From IMG/VR virus record IMGVR_UViG_3300037790_000024: a DNA stretch of 64,000 bases; one strand, written 5' to 3'. The stretch comes from a virus (Duplodnaviria > Heunggongvirae > Uroviricota > Caudoviricetes). Positions within the stretch are counted from its first letter, which is position 1. The number at the start of each line of letters is the position of its first letter. Below are positions 1 to 10,226 of this stretch, in pieces. The position numbers and the translations under genes are program-made. A model generated the notes under the pieces. That model did no database searches and was not told where the DNA came from. It worked only from the letters and a program-made list of their open reading frames with translations.

Positions 1-137
1 AGTGTGAAAAAATCTTGACAGGTGTGTTAAAATCTGCTAACCTGCAAATAAGCTTAAGTGTGTTTGAACTCTAACCTCCTTTAAAGAACCCTCGATTATA
101 ACAAAGTAATTCTTCGTTGTCAACACTTATTCTAAGT

Positions 138-2630
138 TTAGTGGCATTGTGCCCAGTTTCTTCCCATCTGGTATCCAGAAGTTAATTCCACCCTTAGGTT
201 AAAAAACTCTCCTCCTTTACGGATACTGTGTACAGCAAGCTCTCCAGCTCTGGAGTATCCTACATAGTAAGTGTCACCTACATGTCCAACATCACTCCAC
301 ACCTTACCTGTGCTACTCTCTTCTTTAGCTTTGAAAGCTTCTGCCTCTTCCTCTGTTTTAAACACTTTAACAACCACTTCCTTACGGTGCTGATCCATCT
401 GGGATTCATCGTGGTAGGCTATAAGCTGTTTAGAGTTGATACCCTCATATTTAACCCATCTATCCCAATACACCATAGCTCTCTTCATGCAGATCACGCC
501 TGCTGATTGGAATAATGTGTTTAACAAAGCATGTTTAGATCTAGTCCACAACTTACGTCCATCAATCCCTAGAATCCATTTCTTATCGTTTATTTCCCAG
601 TGCTTCTCTAGAGCAACCTTAAGGTCAGAAAGTGGCTTAGAAGCCTCCCAGAAAGCCTCAAACACCTTCTTAGCATGGTTCAGGCCCCAGTTCATTTGTT
701 TGGCTATTTTAGGTGGCTGAGCACCATAACTGCTAGAATATTTTAAAACTTTAGCATCATCCCTTGTTACACCCATCTTCTCAGCATTAATAGTGTGTAG
801 ATCATTAGGTTTAGCAGCAACCAAAGACTCCGCATATTTTTCCCCGTTATAAGGAATACAATAATGACCTTCAATCCTAGCTTCCAAACCATCTGCATCA
901 CACCCTATCTGTACCCTATCTTTCTCTACACAGAATAGAGATCGCATAGGCTCCCCATATAAACTTGTCACCCTAGGGATGTTAGCTACAATCTTGTGCT
1001 GAAACCTAGAGGTAGAACACCCACAGGTGTCCGCAGGAGTGGGAAGTCTTCCATCATACTCCAGTCTTGGATGAGCTAAGAGTCCGGTTCCATTAGGAGA
1101 CAGGATAGCATTCCGTCTATGTCGATAAGTTAGCCAATATACAATATCCTGAACATAACTAACCTGATCCCCAAGCCTAACTAGATTAGGGCAAAGATCC
1201 TCTTTATCAGTGCCAACTGTATAAGTTGGTTGTGTAATCACTTTAAGAGGTCTTGAGAGATCATGAGATAGCATTTTATCTCTCATCTCAGCTATCGTTC
1301 TAACTTTTAAATGCTCTAATCTAAAAGGTTTTAAAGGACTGTTGGCAGTTTCTTCGATATACTTCTCACAAGACTCTATAAACTTCTCTCTTGTTTTCTT
1401 GCGTTTATCCTGCCCCATCGTAATGTCCTTGTCTTTAAAGCTGAGAGGTTTCCAACCCAGCTCAACTAAGTGGGCTTTAATATCAGCTTGGCTAGACAGT
1501 TTCATAGGTTCTGTCATTTCTGGCATTACCTTATCTTCTAGATCCTTCCTTGCTTTCTTTTCAAGATCAGGAGGCAGCACTGGCTTCTCTGCTTTCTGTA
1601 AACACTCCCTAAGGAAAGGAGCATACTCCTCTGGGTCTACAATTCCAGCATTATTACAATATCTTTCCCCAGCCTTGCTCACTTCCCCTTTTTGTGTAAA
1701 GCAAGTTTTAGGAGGCTCTTTAAAAGACAGTCTTTCTCTATCAACAGGGTATCCCAGTTTTTCTAACCAAGAATATCCTGTAGCACTGATAGCCTTATCT
1801 GCTGTAAAAGGACTTGCAGGGAACTTAGGTTGCTTACTCACTGGTAGAGGTCTAGGAGGGAGTAAAGGCTCCACTCTAGCCTCAATGTCTGCCATGAGAG
1901 CGTTAAGTTCTTCTAAGTTTTTCTTAGCCAGCTCCTCATCAAACAGATACCCATACTCCTCCTGTCTGTAAATTAATTCTGCTACAGCTTTCTCTAACCA
2001 GTAAGCCACACTCCAATCCCAGCCTTTTGCTTCCTCTTTAAGATAGTGATACACTTTTTCATTAACTTCCACATCTCTAATGCAGTAGTCCAGCATTCTA
2101 GGATGCCACTTCTTAAATTCAGCCCCTTTAGGATCATCTGGCTTAATTAAACCAAGCTTGATAGCTTCAGCTCTCCAGTCAATTTTATTAAAACCAAGCT
2201 TTTTGCCAAAGGCTTCAATACCATGACCATCCCTGTCAGGGAACAGTGTTTTAGATAGAACATAAGTGTCCTCAATAAAACAACGATCCCCATTTAGGGT
2301 ATCATAATCCCTCCAGTGGGGATGTTCTTCTAACTCCTCGGCTTTACAAGTATCTGCAATAGAGTAGTCAATACCCAGCAGATATTGTATAGCTGGTAAA
2401 TCATAACTAATTATGTTATGTCCAATTATTTCATCTGTCTTACCAAGAAGCAGTTTGAACTGATCTAAGGTGAACTGGGTTTCTTCGTTGTCTCCAAAGG
2501 TGAAAATCTCTTTTGTATCAACATCTTTAGCTACAATGCAGTGTATTTTAGTCACCCTGTCCCAGACATTCATCAAACCATCTGCTTCAATGTCAAATAC
2601 AATTCTTCTTCCCATTAGATGCAGTCCCAC
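138..2630 (-). CDS. DNA polymerase, family A (Pol I/T7-like) with N-terminal 3'-5' exonuclease domain
   Basis: Exo I-like DIEADGL near N-terminus; pol motif A DADGLEAR, motif B RDDAKVLKYSSSYG, motif C AYHDE; 830 aa. Confidence 0.9.
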   Translation of the reverse strand: MGLHLMGRRIVFDIEADGLMNVWDRVTKIHCIVAKDVDTKEIFTFGDNEETQFTLDQFKLLLGKTDEIIGHNIISYDLPAIQYLLGIDYSIADTCKAEELEEHPHWRDYDTLNGDRCFIEDTYVLSKTLFPDRDGHGIEAFGKKLGFNKIDWRAEAIKLGLIKPDDPKGAEFKKWHPRMLDYCIRDVEVNEKVYHYLKEEAKGWDWSVAYWLEKAVAELIYRQEEYGYLFDEELAKKNLEELNALMADIEARVEPLLPPRPLPVSKQPKFPASPFTADKAISATGYSWLEKLGYPVDRERLSFKEPPKTCFTQKGEVSKAGERYCNNAGIVDPEEYAPFLRECLQKAEKPVLPPDLEKKARKDLEDKVMPEMTEPMKLSSQADIKAHLVELGWKPLSFKDKDITMGQDKRKKTREKFIESCEKYIEETANSPLKPFRLEHLKVRTIAEMRDKMLSHDLSRPLKVITQPTYTVGTDKEDLCPNLVRLGDQVSYVQDIVYWLTYRHRRNAILSPNGTGLLAHPRLEYDGRLPTPADTCGCSTSRFQHKIVANIPRVTSLYGEPMRSLFCVEKDRVQIGCDADGLEARIEGHYCIPYNGEKYAESLVAAKPNDLHTINAEKMGVTRDDAKVLKYSSSYGAQPPKIAKQMNWGLNHAKKVFEAFWEASKPLSDLKVALEKHWEINDKKWILGIDGRKLWTRSKHALLNTLFQSAGVICMKRAMVYWDRWVKYEGINSKQLIAYHDESQMDQHRKEVVVKVFKTEEEAEAFKAKEESSTGKVWSDVGHVGDTYYVGYSRAGELAVHSIRKGGEFFNLRVELTSGYQMGRNWAQCH

Positions 2631-2821
2631 ATTGCTTTCAGTTTAAAACTACTTCCACTAGAAATAACTTGGTTGGTTTCTAGCTTTGTTTTAAATTCTT
2701 TTAAAAACTCCACTTCTTCTTCTGAGAACATATCTCTATAGTCTAGGCAGAGTTCCACCATACTTTCTTCACTAACCATATATTCCTCCTCATCCATAAA
2801 ACTCATCCTGATCAGAAGCAT
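2615..2821 (-). CDS. hypothetical small acidic protein
   Basis: 68-aa ORF between pol and primase-helicase, same strand, 4-nt overlaps typical of phage operons. Confidence 0.35.
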   Translation of the reverse strand: MLLIRMSFMDEEEYMVSEESMVELCLDYRDMFSEEEVEFLKEFKTKLETNQVISSGSSFKLKAMWDCI

Positions 2822-4439
2822 CCATTAACAAACCTGTAGTGTCATCCATCTTGAGAACATCAGCGTAGCCAAGGTAGCCCCAAGGTCTATTTTTAAGGAC
2901 AACAAGACGAATCCTGCCCCTGCTTTTATCAGGCATAATCTCTGGTTCTACACCAATGATGATCCAAGAGAGTTGTTCAATACCAGAAGCCCCTTTAAGG
3001 TCTTCCTTCCTAACAGGAACCCAGAAAGGTTCATTCTCTTTACCTTTTGGTGGCCTAAAGTCTTGAGCAATGTTTCTATTCAGATGTGACACTAGAATAA
3101 TACCAACATCGTTTGTGTTAGCAGCAACATAGGCAGCAAGCTCCACCATCGTGTCCTCAGTAGCTGAGTATTGTTCAGATGCACTAGCTCCTGTTGTAAG
3201 CATTGTCAAGTGATCTAGAATGATGTAATCTACTTTATTTACATGAACATAGGTGTTTACTTTATTCATGAGTTCATTCAAAGGCATTTTACCAAAATGA
3301 TCTAAGAACGTAAATTTATCAGCTTCAATACACCAGTCATAAGCAGCTTGGAGGCTTTCCATACTAGCAAACTTCTGAGGCTCTTTCTTAAAGTGATTGT
3401 AGTTAATCTCTAAAAACCTAGCACCCATTCGCTGTAAGGTTTCATCTGTCTCCTCTTCTAGGAATATCATCCCGATTCTTTGGTTTGCTTCAGCCAAGTG
3501 GTAGGCAATTTCTGCTGTCAGAGTGGATTTACCAACACCCGAAGGAGCTGTAACCACCACAACCTCTCTCTTACGAAAACCGTGTATCTTTTCCATAAGT
3601 TCTGGCATTGTAGGAATATAAATACCTTCCTCACGTTTACGTGTAAAGGTTTCAAAACCAATATCCCTGCCTGTAACCACCTTCTCAGCAGAAAACGGCT
3701 TAAACTTAAAGCTAAGCAGTTTCTGGAGTTGTTCACTTCCAAGCTCTAGGTAAACATCATTAGGATCTTTCTGTTCATAGCCTGTCCAGTCTAATGCATT
3801 AACACCACCTCTTAACAAACTACTTGCTACGTTCTCTGTGCATTCCTTACCTCGGATGGTTCCTTTACGTTTTTCTTTATCAGTGGCATAATCATTATCA
3901 AAAGCTAAGTTAATCTCTTTAAAACTAGATACAAACTCAATATTGTGCTGAACAGCTTCTGTGGCGTTTGCTGTACCACAAGACAGTCCTACAAGGAAGG
4001 GTCTCATGCCTTTGTATTTTGTTGTAGAATCAGCCCATTCACAAAAGGATTGATAGGAAATCATAGTGTCTTCCTCTCCTTCCACCATAATCAGCTTTGT
4101 TCTAGCCCTATCATTCTTTTCAGCCACAACTTGACCAAAGAGCTTTGTTTCTACACCAGCCTTACCAATCGTTGTGATATAAAACTTATCATTTTTAGCC
4201 AGTGTTAGATCTTTTTTCTTCCATCCACACAATTTACCACGCTTGTCATATTGAGGAAAATAGAATGCAGTGGGAGTGTACCCATCTGACGTATCTACCG
4301 ACATTCTGACATTAAATATCTCTACAATGTAATCTTCTATCCCTCTAGAGGACATATCAGCGTAGGGATACTCCTCTATTTGTTTTACAGTTTCTTTTGT
4401 TGTACTCACAAAAGTGCTATCTCCTCTTCGGTATGCCAT
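2790..4439 (-). CDS. primase-helicase (TOPRIM primase domain fused to DnaB-like hexameric helicase; T7 gp4-like)
   Basis: TOPRIM-like MVEGEEDT and LAFDNDYATD acidic motifs; Walker A VTAPSGVGKST; Walker B-like IILDHL; 549 aa. Confidence 0.85.
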   Translation of the reverse strand: MAYRRGDSTFVSTTKETVKQIEEYPYADMSSRGIEDYIVEIFNVRMSVDTSDGYTPTAFYFPQYDKRGKLCGWKKKDLTLAKNDKFYITTIGKAGVETKLFGQVVAEKNDRARTKLIMVEGEEDTMISYQSFCEWADSTTKYKGMRPFLVGLSCGTANATEAVQHNIEFVSSFKEINLAFDNDYATDKEKRKGTIRGKECTENVASSLLRGGVNALDWTGYEQKDPNDVYLELGSEQLQKLLSFKFKPFSAEKVVTGRDIGFETFTRKREEGIYIPTMPELMEKIHGFRKREVVVVTAPSGVGKSTLTAEIAYHLAEANQRIGMIFLEEETDETLQRMGARFLEINYNHFKKEPQKFASMESLQAAYDWCIEADKFTFLDHFGKMPLNELMNKVNTYVHVNKVDYIILDHLTMLTTGASASEQYSATEDTMVELAAYVAANTNDVGIILVSHLNRNIAQDFRPPKGKENEPFWVPVRKEDLKGASGIEQLSWIIIGVEPEIMPDKSRGRIRLVVLKNRPWGYLGYADVLKMDDTTGLLMDASDQDEFYG

Positions 4440-4687
4440 TAATACATCACTTCTTCTAAAATACAGAAGTATACTTTTCTAAAATCTGATTTTGATAAGA
4501 GAGCCTCTAACTCTTCTTCACTTTCCAGTTCTAATTCACTACCGTCTTTTCTTAGAGCATTGACATAAAATATTTCATACTCAACTGCTTCATCTTCTAA
4601 GTCAAAATCTGTCACCTCCAAGGAGATTCTTAAACTCTCTAGTTCATCGTGCTCTTCTAGAGATACAAACACCTCAATGTCACCCAT
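4439..4687 (-). CDS. hypothetical acidic protein
   Basis: 82-aa ORF, operon context, start/stop overlap with neighbour. Confidence 0.45.
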   Translation of the reverse strand: MGDIEVFVSLEEHDELESLRISLEVTDFDLEDEAVEYEIFYVNALRKDGSELELESEEELEALLSKSDFRKVYFCILEEVMY

Positions 4688-4699
4688 TTGCCCTCCTTA

Positions 4700-4909
4700 T
4701 TAAATAAATAGCTCCGCGTCATCATGAACTTGTACAAGATTATCTGCGTCTTTTGAATGTACAAACCCTGATCTCATGTCCACCAAGATAGCTTTATCAT
4801 TATCTACTTCGTCTGTTTTTATATAAACACAATTATTATAAGAAACAATTTGACCTGCATCGACTTGCCGGAGAGTTACTAAGTTTGTACCTCTATTAAT
4901 TTTGTTCAT
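4700..4909 (-). CDS. hypothetical protein
   Basis: 69-aa ORF in co-directional block. Confidence 0.4.
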   Translation of the reverse strand: MNKINRGTNLVTLRQVDAGQIVSYNNCVYIKTDEVDNDKAILVDMRSGFVHSKDADNLVQVHDDAELFI

Positions 4910-5133
4910 CGAAACTCCTCCATCATTTCTGTGATTGCCAAATCAACATCATCTTCAATATTCATTTGAGCTTCCTCATCACCAAGAGCGGCTCCAATAA
5001 GGTCACTTAGGAAGTCTTGATCACCTTCGTATTTCTTTAGAAGATAGTAGAGAACATTCACATCTGTGATTTGTTTGAATCCTCCAACAACACCCTCTTC
5101 GACCAGTTGATCCAATACAGTATCTTTATCCAC
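4906..5133 (-). CDS. hypothetical acidic protein
   Basis: 75-aa ORF, 4-nt overlap with neighbours. Confidence 0.45.
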   Translation of the reverse strand: MDKDTVLDQLVEEGVVGGFKQITDVNVLYYLLKKYEGDQDFLSDLIGAALGDEEAQMNIEDDVDLAITEMMEEFR

Positions 5134-5399
5134 TAGTTATCCTCCTGTAGTTTAAGTTCAGATTTATACTCAATAACTTCTAAAGTCTCCCAATCTTCCC
5201 AGTCATGAGAAGTAATAATTTCTCCATCATAAAGATCTAATGCAAGAATTTGTCCTCCTGTGCTTAGACACTCTTGCCAAGTTTTTATGAAGACAGCAGG
5301 CTCTGGTTCAGTATCACTAGCCAATCTAAATACCGAACCACGGGCAATAGAGCTAACTGTAGAAATTTTTTGGGGTTTAGGCAGAATATTTATTTCCAT
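5133..5399 (-). CDS. hypothetical protein
   Basis: 88-aa ORF, operon context. Confidence 0.45.
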   Translation of the reverse strand: MEINILPKPQKISTVSSIARGSVFRLASDTEPEPAVFIKTWQECLSTGGQILALDLYDGEIITSHDWEDWETLEVIEYKSELKLQEDN

Positions 5400-5408
5400 T
5401 TTACCTCC

Positions 5409-5774
5409 TTAAGAATCATACTCAACAATAGGCTTTGAATTATACACCCATTTACCACAAGATTCAACCATTTTGTTATAAATAACGGCAGGTCTTTCGT
5501 CTTTGTCTGTTCTCAAATAAATCTCTTTAACCAAAATCCATAAAGAATCTTTATCTATTTTATACTGATTTGCAACCATGTCAAGATCAAAATAGAATTT
5601 GTAGAGTTTATGTCCTTGGTTTCTAGTGGCCTGAATGCCTGCTGCAATACCTGCCACCTTCTTACACTCTTGTTTATCTTTCGGTGTTAAAGATCTCTCC
5701 CTCCCGTCTGGAAAAACAACTCCAGACAAGGATATTGCAAACACAAACAAAATAATTGAAATAACTTTTTTCAT
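5409..5774 (-). CDS. secreted hypothetical protein (N-terminal signal peptide)
   Basis: MKKVISIILFVFAISLSGVVF hydrophobic leader; 121 aa. Confidence 0.5.
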   Translation of the reverse strand: MKKVISIILFVFAISLSGVVFPDGRERSLTPKDKQECKKVAGIAAGIQATRNQGHKLYKFYFDLDMVANQYKIDKDSLWILVKEIYLRTDKDERPAVIYNKMVESCGKWVYNSKPIVEYDS

Positions 5775-5776
5775 AT

Positions 5777-6274
5777 CTACTCCTGACTTCGTAGTTGGTT
5801 GGCGTATTCTTTGGCTGCTTCTCCGTAAATAACTCTACCGTTCAGAGTTCTAACTCCATAGTGCTTGTATAAATACTCAACAGCATCAGCCTGAATATGG
5901 GCTAGGGATTGTTGGGGCGATTCGTCTACTATTCTTTGAGCCTTGATTGCTGTATCACAATGAGGGCATCCGTACTCTGATTCGCCGCAGTAGCAAGGAC
6001 TTTCGGCAGATTCCAGAAAAAGTTCAGATGCCAGCTCAAGCCTGCCAATCCTAGCCTGTAGCTGCTTAATGGTGGAGGCTTGTTGTTGGGTCTCTTTTTT
6101 CAAATCTGGAGCTGACGCAATTAACTCAGCAACTTCTACCCTATCCTCGATATTTGGTACATCGTGGTGTATGTCGGCAATTCCTAAACAAGTCCAAGGA
6201 ACAGTGCATCCGACACCAACAAACCCAGTGTCGTAGTCCTTTACAACGTGCCATTTGTTTTTAGTTAAACTCAT
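5777..6274 (-). CDS. hypothetical protein with CxxC...CPHC metal-binding motif
   Basis: 165 aa; CYCGESEYGCPHC cluster. Confidence 0.5.
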   Translation of the reverse strand: MSLTKNKWHVVKDYDTGFVGVGCTVPWTCLGIADIHHDVPNIEDRVEVAELIASAPDLKKETQQQASTIKQLQARIGRLELASELFLESAESPCYCGESEYGCPHCDTAIKAQRIVDESPQQSLAHIQADAVEYLYKHYGVRTLNGRVIYGEAAKEYANQLRSQE

Positions 6275-6288
6275 TTCTCAACCTCACT

Positions 6289-6445
6289 TTAAAAGGTGTC
6301 TTCAAGACGCAGACCAGTATCGGGGTCGTAGTAAATATCGTCTTCGTCCAATTCGGGATCTGTTTCTTTCTCTACAGGTTTGGTAGTGTTACCACAATCT
6401 TCGGAACAGTTGCAGTTGTGCCAATCTGGACAATAACTCATTTCT
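6289..6445 (-). CDS. small Cys-rich protein (zinc-ribbon-like), about 50 aa
   Basis: MSYCPDWHNCNCSEDCGNTT...; not in ORF track (<60 aa); found by manual translation. Confidence 0.3.
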
Positions 6446-6617
6446 CATCCTCCACATTCATAAAGTAGTTTAGTCATTTTCGTATCTCTTTAGCCACTCG
6501 GCTGACAAATAACTGTGTTTCTAGCCAGCTATCTATCGGCACGACATAAACAGAAGGTAATTTGTTGTCACGCCACAAGATAAGCAGTCCTTTTGTATAT
6601 TGTACTGTGCCTTTCAT

Positions 6618-7280
6618 CTACTCACCCTCCACATTCATAGCGCGTTCCAATTTAGATGTCCAAGAATCAGATACCCTTAGTTCCAGTCGAATAGCTTCAC
6701 GCTGCTCATGACTCAACTTCCTAGCAACAAACTCACCTTTGGACTTGTCTACTACTCTAACACCATGTTCAAATTGGTATTCAGCTATTTCAAAAGCTTC
6801 GTGCGGGGGCATGTCTGGTGGAAGCGTAGAAATAAGGAGTTCAATTTGCTCATCCCGATATTTCTCTGCTGCTGATTGGATGGCGACTTTAGGCGCATAA
6901 ATATCGCGTACGGGGTAACCTGACTCTTCGGTGTTTTGACGATGATTACCAGTATCCATGCCCATATGCCACTTTCCATCTTGATAGAACTGCCAACCTA
7001 CGACTTCCACTTCTGCTAATTCTTGCTTATTTAGCTTTTCACTTGTCATTGATTCAATCAAAAATTCCGCTTCTTCATCATCCCACTTATACCCAGACAG
7101 ATTGATTATGCCGGCTGCATCCCTAAAACAATCTAAGTAACATTCTCCGTCTGCTTGGTCAGTATCATAGTGCTCACAGCCCACTCCAAGAGCTGTAGAG
7201 ATTAATTGCAGACCCTCCTCAAGAATATTTCTGTAATATTGGATTTCTTCATCACTTGTCATTGCTTTTCTCCAATTCAC
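6618..7280 (-). CDS. hypothetical protein
   Basis: 220-aa ORF, no recognisable motif. Confidence 0.55.
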   Translation of the reverse strand: MNWRKAMTSDEEIQYYRNILEEGLQLISTALGVGCEHYDTDQADGECYLDCFRDAAGIINLSGYKWDDEEAEFLIESMTSEKLNKQELAEVEVVGWQFYQDGKWHMGMDTGNHRQNTEESGYPVRDIYAPKVAIQSAAEKYRDEQIELLISTLPPDMPPHEAFEIAEYQFEHGVRVVDKSKGEFVARKLSHEQREAIRLELRVSDSWTSKLERAMNVEGE

Positions 7281-7509
7281 TCACATGCCGCCCGTACTTC
7301 TCCAAGTGCCCCGGCGCATAGTGTTTGTCGTTATCAAATACCCAGCCAGCCTTTTGCATAGCGCTGATGCATTGCTCTTTGGTTGGCAGGGTGTATTCCG
7401 CTGTCACCGCTTCCCAGTGCCTTTCTACGCATAGAGCGCATTCACAGGTGACGGATAACTGGTGGCGGCTTTGTTCAATCATTGGCCTGCTGCTCTGGCG
7501 CCATACCAA
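7252..7509 (-). CDS. hypothetical protein (CxC..C motif)
   Basis: 85 aa; TCECALCVERHW. Confidence 0.4.
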   Translation of the reverse strand: MVWRQSSRPMIEQSRHQLSVTCECALCVERHWEAVTAEYTLPTKEQCISAMQKAGWVFDNDKHYAPGHLEKYGRHVSELEKSNDK

Positions 7510-7675
7510 TTTTTTGCTCCATTCTTCGCCTAATCGCGATCAACAGCCGCTCTATGTCTCGACAATCAAACTCGCCATGCAAAACCTTTTGGTCGCCAGT
7601 CAGAAGCGGGTCTGCCCAGTTAGTCGGAATGCAAGACATCAGATCGGATGCTATTTTTCTTTCAGATTTAGTCAT
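7475..7675 (-). CDS. hypothetical protein
   Basis: 66-aa ORF overlapping upstream gene end. Confidence 0.35.
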   Translation of the reverse strand: MTKSERKIASDLMSCIPTNWADPLLTGDQKVLHGEFDCRDIERLLIAIRRRMEQKIGMAPEQQAND

Positions 7676-7971
7676 GACTTCTCCCGCTGCTTTGCGTTGG
7701 TGATGGCTTTATCGCAAACATCTATGACGTCTCCAACCCTAATGCGAAGCTCTTTGACTGGGTCGCCGTATTCAATCGCAACCATTAGAAGCCTAGATTG
7801 ACCTTTAATGAAATCAAGCGCCTCAACCAACTGCTGATTTGTGGATTGGAGTTGCTCGGCTTTAATTGCCTCATCCAGCAAATCCTTAACGATTTTCACA
7901 GCGCCTTTGTTGTTAGGTTTTTTGCTAAGCGCCTCTATTAAGCGATCACCTTGTTTTAATAATTCACTCAT
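7672..7971 (-). CDS. hypothetical protein
   Basis: 99-aa ORF. Confidence 0.45.
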   Translation of the reverse strand: MSELLKQGDRLIEALSKKPNNKGAVKIVKDLLDEAIKAEQLQSTNQQLVEALDFIKGQSRLLMVAIEYGDPVKELRIRVGDVIDVCDKAITNAKQREKS

Positions 7972-8169
7972 TCACATCACCTCAATCCCAGACAGATCTT
8001 GTTCTAGCACCTCACACCAAACAACATCAGGCTCTTTTTCAAGTGCAAATTGATACCAAAAACCCTGTTGGCCTAGGTATATTAGTACTTCTTCTTGGTA
8101 CTTCCACTTATACTTACTATCAATTTCTAATTCATTCTTTTTCATACTATTGCTCCAACCCCGCTTCAA
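7972..8169 (-). CDS. hypothetical protein
   Basis: 65-aa ORF. Confidence 0.4.
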   Translation of the reverse strand: MKRGWSNSMKKNELEIDSKYKWKYQEEVLIYLGQQGFWYQFALEKEPDVVWCEVLEQDLSGIEVM

Positions 8170-8372
8170 ATCTTTCTATATAAACAAATATACAATGTAC
8201 CAACAAATGCTCTCTAGAAGGGTATCTTGGTTTTAAAAGTCCAAGAGCACCTAAGTATTTTTGAGCCACTAGTAGCATATCTTCTTCTGTCATGTTGTTC
8301 TCCTTATTTCTTTATTACTTTAAAAACATACTATCAGAAATCCCTATCTATGTCAATAATTTGTTTAAGCCA

Positions 8373-8825
8373 CTACCTCTGTTTTCTTCTGTAAAAAACA
8401 TGACTTCCCACTTTTGCTACTTTTTCTTTATGCTTAGCCCAGTAAGGTTCAAACTTTTCTTTTGTGCTATATAGTTTATCAGCATGGTAGTATAACGAAT
8501 CTTTTACTGGACTAACAACATCATAATGCAGTAAGAGATGCGCTATATTTCTTATTCTTTTGTATATTTCTTTTTCTTTGATCTCAGGGTTTTTGTTAAT
8601 TGTCCAAGAGAATTGTTTATGTTGCCACACAACTTCACACACTGTATCTGGAAACAAAGGAGACTTCACTCTGTTTAGAACCACCTCTCCGACAGCTCCC
8701 CAGCCTTGTATTCCTTCACTTCTTGCTTCGTGATAGATGTTTTCAGCCAAGCAATCTAAGTCAGTTTTAGCGTGTGCTGAGCTGCTGCTAATAAAAAGAA
8801 TTAGTGCCAGAATTATGTAGTTCAT
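8373..8825 (-). CDS. secreted cell-wall hydrolase, SleB-like (Hydrolase_2 family)
   Basis: Signal peptide MNYIILALILFISSSSAHA; CLAENIYHEARSEG...VLNRV...FPDTVCEVV...QF matches SleB-type catalytic domain pattern. Confidence 0.75.
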   Translation of the reverse strand: MNYIILALILFISSSSAHAKTDLDCLAENIYHEARSEGIQGWGAVGEVVLNRVKSPLFPDTVCEVVWQHKQFSWTINKNPEIKEKEIYKRIRNIAHLLLHYDVVSPVKDSLYYHADKLYSTKEKFEPYWAKHKEKVAKVGSHVFYRRKQR

Positions 8826-8879
8826 ATAGCCTCCTTATGCAAAAAGGAGGGGAATGATCCCCTCCATCTGCCTTACAGT

Positions 8880-10226
8880 TTAGAACAATGATTTCACTTC
8901 GTCAAGAGTGACACCTAACTTTTTCAACAAGGCAGCTCCTGCTTCAGTGGATGCAAAAGCTTCTAGTGATTGTCCCATAGACATACCTCCTGCTGGAGTA
9001 AGTACATCCATCAGCTTATTAACACCCCCGTTGACATCAGAGCTATTAGCAATAACTTTCAGATCACCTTCAGCCAGAGCTTTAGCTTGTTCAATACCCA
9101 CCACTTCGTCTTTTTCCACCTTACGAATTTGAATCAGGTAGTCTTGGTAGCCAGCATTCTCACCGATCTCTTTAGCCAGAGTGATCTGAGGATCAACAAT
9201 AGCCAATTCTGCCAGTTTCTTAGCCTCTGCTTCTGATGTACCGATAGCGAGAATACCTTCAGCTTCCTTCTGTGCTGTAATAAGAGCAGCTTCAGCAGCA
9301 CGTTCAGCAGCAGACTTATCACCTTCTGCACGTAGTTCTGTAGTGCGACGATACTCTTCAGCATTCTGAATTTGCACTTCTTTAGCAATTTCAGCAGCTT
9401 TAACATCTTCCACTTGTTGTACAGCCATTTGTTTCTCTGCTGTAATACGAGCTTCTTCCTGTACCATCTGTTTAGCTTTCTCGTTAGAAATACCTACAGC
9501 TTGATCTTTCTCCGCAGTACGGATACCAACTACTTGCTGAGCTTCTTGATCTTTAACATCAGACTCTCGTTTAGCTTCAATCTCTGCGATCTCTGCCAGT
9601 TTGCGGTTATTAGCCACTTCTGTACGGGATTCCATCTCAATATAAGATTTCCGCTTTTCCATAATGTTTTGGATAACTTGGCTTCCATCAGCATCACGGA
9701 TGTCCATTAATTCAATTGATTTAACTGTGCGAACACCCCAGCTTTGGAGTTGTTCATTCACTTCTTCTGTAAATTGGTCTCCATACACAGAGCGGTCTTC
9801 CATAATACTCTCAATCTCACTACGAGCAAGGATTGTACGAGCAGCACCTTGTAGAATGCTTCTCAGATGATCCTTTAGTTCTTCGATAGAAGATACACGT
9901 TGAGCAGCTTTAGCAGAATCTTCGATGTTAAAGAACGCTGTAATATCTACAAAGAAAGGCAACCGCTGTTTATCATAAGCACGATACTCTACCAAATTAA
10001 TATCAAAGTTGGAGACGGGTAGGATAATCCGTGTAATACCAAAACGGGGAACCCACTCTGGAATGTTATAATAAACATTTTTAGGAAAGTCCTTACCAAA
10101 AGAAACCGTCTGGGAGTTCTTCTGGAGGATATGCACCTCATTAGTAGGAACAACGACACGGAACAGGACAGCAAAAACCACCCACAGCGCTGCTACTACA
10201 CCAATACCAATAATACTTGTAATCAT
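8880..10226 (-). CDS. SPFH/band-7 (flotillin-like) membrane protein with long Ala/Glu-rich coiled coil
   Basis: N-terminal TM helix MITSIIGIGVVAALWVVFAVLF; band-7 core; repetitive AE-rich C-terminal half. Confidence 0.7.
   Translation of the reverse strand: MITSIIGIGVVAALWVVFAVLFRVVVPTNEVHILQKNSQTVSFGKDFPKNVYYNIPEWVPRFGITRIILPVSNFDINLVEYRAYDKQRLPFFVDITAFFNIEDSAKAAQRVSSIEELKDHLRSILQGAARTILARSEIESIMEDRSVYGDQFTEEVNEQLQSWGVRTVKSIELMDIRDADGSQVIQNIMEKRKSYIEMESRTEVANNRKLAEIAEIEAKRESDVKDQEAQQVVGIRTAEKDQAVGISNEKAKQMVQEEARITAEKQMAVQQVEDVKAAEIAKEVQIQNAEEYRRTTELRAEGDKSAAERAAEAALITAQKEAEGILAIGTSEAEAKKLAELAIVDPQITLAKEIGENAGYQDYLIQIRKVEKDEVVGIEQAKALAEGDLKVIANSSDVNGGVNKLMDVLTPAGGMSMGQSLEAFASTEAGAALLKKLGVTLDEVKSLF

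Noticed and set aside
228-1971. Plus-strand ORFs 228-506, 436-720 and 1342-1971 inside the polymerase gene
   Set aside because: Antisense to a long, motif-rich polymerase ORF; low-complexity Ser/Leu-rich translations typical of shadow frames.
3480-4208. ORFs 3480-3749(+), 3518-3742(-) and 3945-4208(+) inside the primase-helicase gene
   Set aside because: Overlap a strongly supported CDS in other frames; no RBS; shadow ORFs.
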